Below are positions 9,601 through 15,189 of a stretch of 32,000 nt of DNA, piece after piece. The stretch spans positions 150,001-182,000 of the forward strand of contig NZ_JBHSTI010000002.1 in assembly GCF_042660085.1 (NCBI RefSeq), given 5' to 3'. A model generated the notes under the pieces. The model was not told the origin of the DNA, ran no database searches, and saw only the letters and a list, made by a program, of their open reading frames with translations. The position numbers and the translations under genes were made by a program. The stretch comes from Longivirga aurantiaca. GTDB lineage: Bacteria; Actinomycetota; Actinomycetes; S36-B12; CAIYMF01. The first letter of the stretch is position 1; each line of letters opens with the position of its first letter.

Positions 9601-10046
9601 TCCGCCGGAGCAGCCTCGACCGGTGCGGGCTCGGCGGCCGGCTGGTCCACGTGCTGGTACGTCGCGCGCCGCACCATCGCAAGACCCGGCCACGCCCCCC
9701 GCAGGAGCACGTCCAGCGGCTGGCCGGTCTCGCCGACCACGGTGTAGTGGAGCTCGACGTCGCCGCTGCCCACGAGCGTGAGGTACGCCGCGATCACGCG
9801 CCCCGCGTCGGTGGTGGACAGGCCGCGGGTGACGTCGTCGATCGACCGGATCCGGCGCCACCGCGGGCGGCCGTGCAGCCGGTACGCCTCGTCGGTCCAG
9901 CGGACCGATCCGTCCTCGCCCACCCACACCAGCCCGGTGGCGTCGGCGTCGGCGGCCGCCACGAGCGCGGGGTCGTCGAGGCCGGGCCCCGCCGGGTCGG
10001 CCGAGGCCAACCACGAGGGGAGGCGGTCGCTCACGTCGTCGATCAT
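6636..10046 (-). CDS. Multidomain c-di-GMP protein: PAS, repeat linker, PAS, GGDEF (AGDEF variant with RxxD I-site), a degenerate EAL-like domain, and an acidic tail of about 365 aa
   Basis: Track ORF of 1136 aa, starting at ATG 10046. The GGDEF region reads LTGLPNRRL...FFIDVDDLKHVNDTH...RETDTIGRLAGDEFLV. The EAL-like region reads LRMQYQPVVSLATGAVLGVGAVLRWQHP, with AVL in place of EAL, and its later catalytic motifs are not recognisable. The tail keeps strong GC3 bias, so it is coding. Confidence 0.88.
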   Translation of the reverse strand: MIDDVSDRLPSWLASADPAGPGLDDPALVAAADADATGLVWVGEDGSVRWTDEAYRLHGRPRWRRIRSIDDVTRGLSTTDAGRVIAAYLTLVGSGDVELHYTVVGETGQPLDVLLRGAWPGLAMVRRATYQHVDQPAAEPAPVEAAPAEGVAPPEPAQPEPAQPEITEPEVVPVEVVPVEVVSVEVVSVEVVEVDEVVADLAPVTAHGLPDPETDQAFRALFDASPSGLAELRDDGTFVRVNDAFCRLVGRTWDSLRDTVYEALIHHEDRASAFVSRTRRETDGAAVAPNEHRLLHSDGSVVWVRARTSPIDSADGPRLLVSLDNVTAARAREAQLTHDALHDALTGLPNRRLVLDRLERAVSRARRGGQRLAVFFIDVDDLKHVNDTHPWQHKAGDVLLTSIAVAMRGALRETDTIGRLAGDEFLVICEEVGDDVAVTELAERLLDAARQPVPLGPQIHHPTVSIGLAVSSEDDETSEELLSRADAAMYVAKSHGGGRVERADELTSAVTPDLVGALARGELRMQYQPVVSLATGAVLGVGAVLRWQHPTLGLLPAHQVRAALDSAAVLPVVDWCIDRAINDVRTVAPLRVDHVSVWLPVPGRAVQATSTRDALRAAVLGPDGSQTPDTSPSLVLDVHETDLATLARRPSLRRQLTALTETGPVAVGVEHLSADVLPVGALQLLGAASASVDPELLLAASENESGEALVRSLVTGATAVGVVTVATGISSPELLEEARRLGVHAVSGDLIGPAASLEVYSDLLHGERVTLPGAPEVTIVRPFDDEDYIAPGRPMLSAIRALEEEAEDDLLAQTLEDDVADDTEAWDAPAPADDAAEAAGADAPSDAAEPTEPTEPAEPAAEAPRSSRLLLGDVVDLAEQVARDLGVALPPHAAGSPERDEGRPAPGFGIDVADQLARELGVALPPLPEFDDVPAPVDEALPPGRTQPRLPGLADLHAALGTPEVNRAFPDRSDSGATDPADVVDDVEGVEGVEGAEAGADAPDAAADETDLRDAAPPRDAGPGLSLTSSDRDDVDGPDGSAPPSNPGPYIVVIDDVADPDAQGGPGPGLHDGDSEARTTPDVDLTDQPTVDLRVRGGDGPRIVLRPAGVDTPVTPEIAPTLHLRGLGGSDGGSIL
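7062..7088 (-). repeat. In-frame 9-bp tandem repeat (x3) in the tail of the c-di-GMP protein
   Basis: GCCCTCGAC occurs three times (7062-7070, 7071-7079, 7080-7088) and encodes VEGVEGVEG. A second 9-bp pair, GGCTCTGTC x2 at 7480-7497, encodes TEPTEP. Confidence 0.9.
9453..9586 (-). repeat. In-frame 15-bp tandem repeat arrays in the inter-PAS linker
   Basis: The unit GACGACCTCGACCGR is repeated at 9486-9500, 9501-9515 and 9516-9530, with degenerate copies at 9453-9485 and 9531-9545. These encode (V/S)VEVV pentapeptides. CTCGGGCTGGGCGGG x2 (9552-9581) encodes PEPAQ x2. Confidence 0.9.
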
Positions 10047-10152
10047 GCCTGGCTGTCACGCACCGCAGCAGCCCCTTGACGGGTGAATGGGCCGAGCGGG
10101 TGAGAGAGGTGTCACCCACTGTGAGCAACGGACGGCGGGACGCCGAGAATCC

Positions 10153-10181
10153 GCGTGCACCAGGCGGATCACGGTGCACGC
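10153..10181. other. Perfect 9-bp inverted repeat (a hairpin or an operator) between the GT-C gene and the c-di-GMP gene
   Basis: GCGTGCACC (10153-10161), an 11-nt spacer, then GGTGCACGC (10173-10181). Confidence 0.5.
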
Positions 10182-10190
10182 GGATCCCGT

Positions 10191-10210
10191 CGCTCTCCGT
10201 CAGGAGAGCG
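10191..10210 (-). terminator. Hairpin immediately after the GT-C gene stop
   Basis: CGCTCTCC (10191-10198), loop GTCA, GGAGAGCG (10203-10210). It abuts the stop codon at 10211-10213. There is no U-tract. Confidence 0.4.
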
Positions 10211-12295
10211 TCACGCAGTGGTGCTGGTCGTGCCCGAGAGCGGTGCGGTGAGGTCGTACACCGTCACCCCGCCGACGGTCTGGGCGGAGAAGCTCTGCTC
10301 CACCCAGGCGGAGATCTCGCCGGTGGTCGACGCCCCGCCGCTCTGGGGGCCGAAGCCGCCGCCGCCGATGAACCAGTGCACCTGGCCCGACGCGACGTAC
10401 TCCTGGAACGCCGCGAGGGTCGGCCAGGGGTCGCTGCCGTTGAAGCCGCCCAGCGACATCACGGGGTAGCCGGTCGCGAGCTGGTAGCCGGCCGCGGTCT
10501 GCGCACCGACGGCGGCCGCGACCCAGGTGTAGGAGTCGGCGTCCTGCAGCAGCAGCGCCTGCAGCTCGGCCGTCGGGGTGGCGGCGTCGAGCAGCCCTCC
10601 CATGCCGCCGCCAGGGCCGCCCACGCCACCGCCGGGCAGCGCTCCCGTACCGCCGCCGGGGAGGGTGCCGGGGAAGCCCTGTGCGCCGGGGAAGCCCTGT
10701 GCGCCGGGGCCTCCCGGGCCGCCCGGCATCTGGCCGCCGCCAGGGCCGAGGCCGCGACCGCCGGAGACCGCAGGGCCGGCGGACGGCAGCGAGCCGGTGT
10801 GCGGCTCGGACGCCGTCTGCAGCGCGTATGCCGTCGGCGCCGCGAGCGCGAGCACGAGCCCGGCTCCCACCACGCCCAGCGCCGCGCGGCGGCTGAGCCG
10901 GTCGGCCAGGAGGATGGCGAGGGCGGCGAGGGTGCCGCCGACGAGCACGACCCAGCGCAGCGCAGGGAGGAAGTCGGCCGAGCGGGCGAGCAGCACGCTC
11001 GCCCAGACCGCGGATCCCGCCACGGTCACCGCGAGGGTGATGCGTGCGGCCGCGCGCTCGCGCTGCCTCCAGAGCTCGACGACGCCGATGCCGACGAGCG
11101 CACCGATCGCGGGGGCGAGGGCCACCGTGTAGTACTCGTGGATGATGCCCGCGGCGAACGAGATCACCGCGCCGGTGATGGCGAGCCAGCCGGTCCACAG
11201 GATCACCGAGGCGCGCACGGGATCGGTGCGCGGTGCGCGGCCCCGCAGCACCAGAACCGCGATGGCGAGCACGATCGCGGCCGGGATCAGCCACGCGATC
11301 TGACCGCCGTACGAGCTGGAGAACAGGCGACCGATGCCGGTCTCGCCCCACATGCCCCCGGCGTTGCCGCCGATGGCCGCTCCACCACCGGTGACGCTGC
11401 CGACCTCGTCGCCGGTGATCCGGCCGAGGCCGTTGTAGCCCATGATCAGCTCCCAGGCCGAGTTGGTCTGCGAGCCTCCGATGTAGGGGCGGCTGTCCGC
11501 CGGCCAGAGCTCGACGAGGGCCACCCACCAGCCGCCGGCCACGATCATCGCGGCACCCGCGACGAGCAGGTCGCGGATGCGGCGGCCGAGGGTCGTGGGG
11601 GCGGCGTACAGGTAGACGAGCGCGAAAGCGGGCAGGGGGAGGAACGCCTGCAGGCTCTTGGTGAGGAAGGCGAAGCCGACGAGCACGCCGGTCCACACGA
11701 GCCAGCGCATCGAGGCCTTCTCGGTCGCACGGATCGTGGTGTACGCCGCCGCCACGAGCAGCAGCACGAGCAGCGCGTCGGGGTTGTTGAAGCGGAACAT
11801 CAGCACCGCGACGGGCGTGAGCGCCAGCACCGTGCCCGCGACGAGGCCGGCGGCCGCGCCGGAGACCCGGCGTACGGCGAGGTAGAGGATCCCGACGCTC
11901 GCGACGCCCATGAGCGCCTGCGGCACGAGGATGCTCCAGCTGCTGAGGCCGAACAGCTTCACCGACAGCGCCATCGGCCAGAGCGAGGCCGGGGGCTTGT
12001 CGACGGTGATGAGGTTCGCGGCGTCGGACGAGCCGAAGAGGAACGCCGTCCAGCTCTCGCTGCCCGCCTGCGCCGCGGCCGAGTAGAACGCGTTCGCCCA
12101 GCCCGACGACCCGAGGTCCCACAGGTAGAGCAGGCCCGTGCCGAGCAGGAGCGCGAGCAACGACGGACGTACCCAGCGCGGGTCGTCCGGGTTGCCGCGC
12201 CACGGGCGGGCGATGCGCCCGGTCGGCTCGGCCGCGCTGCGTTCGTCGATGCCGTCGAGCGGCGGCGCGAAGGTGGGGTCGTCGACGGTGCTCAT
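10211..12295 (-). CDS. GT-C fold glycosyltransferase (family 39/83-like, ArnT/PMT-type), polytopic, with a Gly/Pro-rich linker and a C-terminal extracytoplasmic domain
   Basis: This is the C-terminal 694 codons of track ORF 10211..13339. The start ATG 12295 forms an ATGA overlap with the upstream stop. Translation MSTVDDPTF...LLYLWDLGSSGWANAFYSAAAQAG...ITVDKPPASLWPMALSVKLFG... has many TM helices, then GGRGLGPGGGQMPGGPGGPGAQGFPGAQGFPG, then a soluble C-terminus. Confidence 0.82.
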   Translation of the reverse strand: MSTVDDPTFAPPLDGIDERSAAEPTGRIARPWRGNPDDPRWVRPSLLALLLGTGLLYLWDLGSSGWANAFYSAAAQAGSESWTAFLFGSSDAANLITVDKPPASLWPMALSVKLFGLSSWSILVPQALMGVASVGILYLAVRRVSGAAAGLVAGTVLALTPVAVLMFRFNNPDALLVLLLVAAAYTTIRATEKASMRWLVWTGVLVGFAFLTKSLQAFLPLPAFALVYLYAAPTTLGRRIRDLLVAGAAMIVAGGWWVALVELWPADSRPYIGGSQTNSAWELIMGYNGLGRITGDEVGSVTGGGAAIGGNAGGMWGETGIGRLFSSSYGGQIAWLIPAAIVLAIAVLVLRGRAPRTDPVRASVILWTGWLAITGAVISFAAGIIHEYYTVALAPAIGALVGIGVVELWRQRERAAARITLAVTVAGSAVWASVLLARSADFLPALRWVVLVGGTLAALAILLADRLSRRAALGVVGAGLVLALAAPTAYALQTASEPHTGSLPSAGPAVSGGRGLGPGGGQMPGGPGGPGAQGFPGAQGFPGTLPGGGTGALPGGGVGGPGGGMGGLLDAATPTAELQALLLQDADSYTWVAAAVGAQTAAGYQLATGYPVMSLGGFNGSDPWPTLAAFQEYVASGQVHWFIGGGGFGPQSGGASTTGEISAWVEQSFSAQTVGGVTVYDLTAPLSGTTSTTA
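10670..10705 (-). repeat. In-frame 18-bp tandem duplication in the Gly/Pro linker of the GT-C protein
   Basis: GGGGAAGCCCTGTGCGCC occurs at 10670-10687 and 10688-10705, and encodes PGAQGF x2. Confidence 0.9.
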
Positions 12296-13524
12296 GCGGT
12301 GGTCCTCCGGTCGGGCTGTGCGGGCAGGGCAGGGCTCTCGCGACGCGGGAACACCCACGAACGGAAGAGGAGGAAGCGGACGAGGGTGGCGCCGACGTTG
12401 GCGGCGACCAGCACGCCGAGCTCGAGCCACCGGGGCGCCGCGGGCGCTGCGGAGTGCAGGGCCCAGAGCGACGACGACGTCAGGGCGAGACCGATGGCGA
12501 ACACGACGAGGCCCTGCAGCTGATGGCGGAACCGGTCGGTGGCGCCGCGCACGCCGAAGGTGAGGCGACGGTTGAGCGCGGTGTTGCCGACGGCGGTGAG
12601 CAGCAGGGCGGTCGCGTTGGCCGACTGGGCGCCGAGACCGCTGCGCAGCATCAGGTAGAGCAGCAGGTACGCGAGGGTCGAGAGCACGCCCACGGCGGCG
12701 AACCGCGCGAGCTGGCGGCCGAGCCGAGGCGGGACGTCGGCGCCCTGGTACGACGGCAGCGCCGTGACCGGGATCGAGCCCGAGGCCATGCCGCGCGCGA
12801 GGCGGACGATCCCGTGGAGGTCGGCCTTCGCCGTCGCGACGATGTCGACGCGCGAGTCGGGGTCGTCGACCCAGTCGACGGGCACCTCGTGGATGCGCAG
12901 GCCCGACCGCTCGGCGAGCACGAGCAGCTCGGTGTCGAAGAACCAGCCGGTGTCCTCGACCAGGGGCAGCAGCTCGCGGGCGCGGTCGGCGCGGATGGCC
13001 TTGAAGCCGCACTGCGCGTCGGAGAAGCGGGTGGCGAGCGAGAGGCGCAGCAGCAGGTTGTAGCAGCGGGAGATCAGCTCGCGCTTGGTGCCGCGCACGA
13101 CCCGCGATCCGCGGGCGAGCCGCGTGCCGATCGCGAGGTCGCTGTGGCCGGACAGCAGCGGTGCGATGAGGGGGAGCACCGCGGCGAGGTCGGTGGAGAG
13201 GTCGACGTCCATGTAGGCGAGCACGTCGGCGTCGCTCGCCGACCACACCTGGTGCAGCGCGCGGCCGCGGCCCTTCTCCTCGAGCCGCACGGCGCTCACG
13301 TGCGGCAGCGTCGAGGCGAGGTCCTCGGCGATCGTCCACGTGCGGTCGGTGCTCGCGTTGTCGGCGATGGTGATGCGGTAGGTCACCGGCAGGTGCAGCT
13401 CGAGGTAGGCGTGCAGCCGGCGGACGCTCGGGCCGAGGTCGGTCTCCTCGTTGTGGACGGGGACGACGACGTCGACGACCGTGCGCCGCCTCTGCGCGGC
13501 GACGACCGCCGGTGACGCGCTCAC
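12292..13524 (-). CDS. Fusion of a GT2 polyprenyl-phosphate glycosyltransferase (GtrB/DPM1-like) with a C-terminal GtrA-like membrane domain
   Basis: Track ORF 12292..13596. I prefer GTG 13524, which has GGAGG 5 nt upstream; ATG 13596 has no SD. The GT2 core reads VVVPVHNEE...ADNASTDRT...AYMDVDLSTD...AQCGFKA. The C-terminus has four TM helices, FAAVGVLSTLAYLLLYLML...VAANVGATLVRFLLFRSWVF, which is GtrA-like. Confidence 0.82.
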   Translation of the reverse strand: MSASPAVVAAQRRRTVVDVVVPVHNEETDLGPSVRRLHAYLELHLPVTYRITIADNASTDRTWTIAEDLASTLPHVSAVRLEEKGRGRALHQVWSASDADVLAYMDVDLSTDLAAVLPLIAPLLSGHSDLAIGTRLARGSRVVRGTKRELISRCYNLLLRLSLATRFSDAQCGFKAIRADRARELLPLVEDTGWFFDTELLVLAERSGLRIHEVPVDWVDDPDSRVDIVATAKADLHGIVRLARGMASGSIPVTALPSYQGADVPPRLGRQLARFAAVGVLSTLAYLLLYLMLRSGLGAQSANATALLLTAVGNTALNRRLTFGVRGATDRFRHQLQGLVVFAIGLALTSSSLWALHSAAPAAPRWLELGVLVAANVGATLVRFLLFRSWVFPRRESPALPAQPDRRTTA

Positions 13525-13694
13525 CCCGGCCTCCGGGCTGTCGGACCAGGCACGGAGGGGGGAGCCGTGCTCTCGGGGGTCGGTGGGTGCGGTCATGGGG
13601 CGACCGTGGCGCCCGAACCTGTGATCACCGTGAACGCGGTGTGTGCCTCCGATACGTGTGCGACGAGGGGAATGGCGTTCCGCTCGGGGAGGTC

Positions 13695-14525
13695 GTGTCG
13701 CACACTGTGGGGGTGTCCAACCCGGTGGTGCGCTCGCTCGAGGAGATCGGCGACCTGCTCAAGCACCCGACGACCTTCCGGCCGCCGGTCCTCACCGCTG
13801 TGCGCGAGAACCTCTCGGTGCTGCAGGTCGCGGGCAGGATCATCGCCCAGCGCTCCGAGCTGTCGGAGCCCACGCTCGTCGACACCGACCGCGTGCCGGT
13901 GCTGCTCGTGCCCGGGTTCGCGGCCACCGACATCGCGCTCGAGCCGATGGCCGAGGCCCTGCGCCGCCGCGGGCACTGGACCTCGCGCAGCGGGATCGGG
14001 CCGAACGTCGGCTGCACCCGTGAGATGGCCGACGCTCTGGAGCGTCGGCTCGAGGTCGTCGCCGAGCGGGTCGGGCAGCGGGTCTCGCTCGTCGGCTGGA
14101 GCCGCGGCGGTACGCTCGGCAAGGTCGTCGCCGTACGCCGGCCCGACCTCGTCGAGTCGCTCGTGACCCTGGGTACGCCGAACACGCACCCGCTCGCCGT
14201 GAGCGAGACGCTGTCGGCGCAGATCGGGGTGCTGGCCAAGCTGCACGCGCTCGGCATCCCCGGCCTGCTCGACCAGGACTGCCTGTCCGGCGACTGCGCC
14301 CGGTCGGTGATGGCGGTTCTCGAGGGCCCGTTCCCCGACGACATCGGCTACACCGCGGTGTTCTCCATGGAGGACGGCGTCATCGACTGGCGCGCATGCC
14401 TCGACCCGGACGCCACGCACGTCGAGTGCACCGCGACCCACATGGGGATGGGTGCCGACCCGGAGGTCATCGACCTCGTGGTGTCGATCCTGGGCTCGCT
14501 CACGCCGCGCGCCCTCGCCGCCTGA
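13695..14525 (+). CDS. Alpha/beta-fold hydrolase (lipase/esterase-like)
   Basis: Inside track frame 13512..14525. The nucleophile elbow is GWSRGG, and VLLVPGFAATD sits at the oxyanion region. The start is uncertain, with in-frame GTG candidates at 13695, 13707 and 13713. The track start at 13512 would overlap the divergent GT2 gene. Confidence 0.75.
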   Translation: MSHTVGVSNPVVRSLEEIGDLLKHPTTFRPPVLTAVRENLSVLQVAGRIIAQRSELSEPTLVDTDRVPVLLVPGFAATDIALEPMAEALRRRGHWTSRSGIGPNVGCTREMADALERRLEVVAERVGQRVSLVGWSRGGTLGKVVAVRRPDLVESLVTLGTPNTHPLAVSETLSAQIGVLAKLHALGIPGLLDQDCLSGDCARSVMAVLEGPFPDDIGYTAVFSMEDGVIDWRACLDPDATHVECTATHMGMGADPEVIDLVVSILGSLTPRALAA

Positions 14526-14556
14526 CCGCCGGCGACCAGGTGCGCGGCGCGATGGG

Positions 14557-14663
14557 TTGTCCACGAGTTTTGTGCACAGGGGTGGGGACAACCTGCGGCG
14601 TGAGCACGGCAGGGTGTGGACGACGCTGTGTGCGGAGCTGTGCACGAATATTCGTCGTCCAAA
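14557..14663. promoter_or_regulatory. Cluster of DnaA-box-like 9-mers and nested palindromes
   Basis: Compared with the actinobacterial DnaA box TTGTCCACA: TTGTCCACG 14557-14565 (8/9); TTGTGCACA 14570-14578 (8/9, with a palindromic core); rc TTGTCCCCA 14583-14591 (8/9); rc TCGTCCACA 14615-14623 (8/9); TCGTCCAAA 14655-14663 (7/9). There is also a perfect palindrome ACGAATATTCGT at 14644-14655 and an inverted repeat GGACGACG/CGTCGTCC at 14618-14625/14653-14660. Confidence 0.4.
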
Positions 14664-14667
14664 CCCC

Positions 14668-14698
14668 TTGCGCCCGTTGACGCGGGGCGCGTATCAAT
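14668..14698 (+). promoter_or_regulatory. Candidate sigma70-type promoter
   Basis: TTGCGC (14668-14673), an 18-nt spacer, then TATCAA(T) (14692-14698). A better -35-like TTGACG at 14677-14682 is too close to this -10 to be its partner. Confidence 0.35.
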
Positions 14699-14704
14699 CT
14701 CCTC

Positions 14705-15000
14705 ACGTCCTCGCGGACGGGGCAGGCACCGGGGCAACCCGGGGCAGGCGCCGGAGGCAGGGACGGCCCGGACGGAGAACGTCAGTCCATCCCGGGAGGG
14801 GCAACCCTCCCGGCTGCGAGTGCCATCGCAGTGGACCGACGGGCCCTGCTGGGCGGGCATCCGCTCGTGAAGCGCCCGGGTCTCCCGGACGGGGAACGGC
14901 GGCCGCGGCGGCACCCGCGGGTCGTGCCGGCCTCCAGGTCTCCTGGAGGTGGGCCGACGGCTGGCGCGAGGCCCCTCGAACTCATACTTCGAGGGGCCTC
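14705..15000 (+). ncRNA. Candidate structured RNA or attenuator leader of unknown class
   Basis: No credible ORF. Consecutive hairpins are: CCGGG-GCAA-CCCGG 14729-14742; GGAC..GTCC 14761-14788; 9-bp stem with GCAA tetraloop 14792-13; CTGCGA/TCGCAG 14814-14831; 14851-14866; 14876-14888; CCGCGG/CCGCGG 14903-14920; and CCTCCAGG-TCT-CCTGGAGG 14931-14949. A closing pairing CCTCGCG 14709-14715 / CGCGAGG 14965-14971 overlaps the terminator stem. Both ends are approximate. Confidence 0.35.
14968..15000 (+). terminator. Intrinsic-terminator-like hairpin 190 nt upstream of the permease start
   Basis: A perfect 13-bp stem GAGGCCCCTCGAA / TTCGAGGGGCCTC with loop CTCATAC. There is no U-tract, which is common in actinobacteria. 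Confidence 0.6.
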
Positions 15001-15189
15001 GTCGCATGTCCGGGTGCTTTCCATGGTCGCCGAAACCCTTGTGGTTCCAGCATGTTTCGCGGTTCTCATGATGGCCCGAGGAAAACTGGCCAGTAGCGTG
15101 ACGGGCCGTTCGCCGAGCGTTAACCTCAGCCGCTGGTCGCCGACTTCCCTCCACCTCTCGGCGGCACATTCCTCCCGGAAGGCACATCC

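Noticed and set aside
14557-14663. Interpreting the DnaA-box-like cluster as the chromosomal origin oriC.
   Set aside because: There is no dnaA, dnaN, rpmH, parAB or gid gene nearby. There are only five boxes and no extended AT-rich unwinding element. A secondary binding or regulatory site, or an unrelated operator, is more plausible.
14700-15189. Assignment of the permease leader to a known riboswitch or RNA class: purine, ZTP, PRPP/ykkC, guanidine, cobalamin, ydaO/c-di-AMP, RNase P, tmRNA, SRP or 6S.
   Set aside because: I looked for the conserved cores I remember and found none in the correct order or strand. These cores included GUUUCUACC and CCGUAAAU, the B12 box with CCACUG, and GAGGAAAGUCCGG. 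They also included the tmRNA tag and 3' end, and GUCCGGAAGGAAGCAGC. The CCAGGAGACCTGG-like strings are hairpin arms on the wrong strand and in the wrong order for a cobalamin element.
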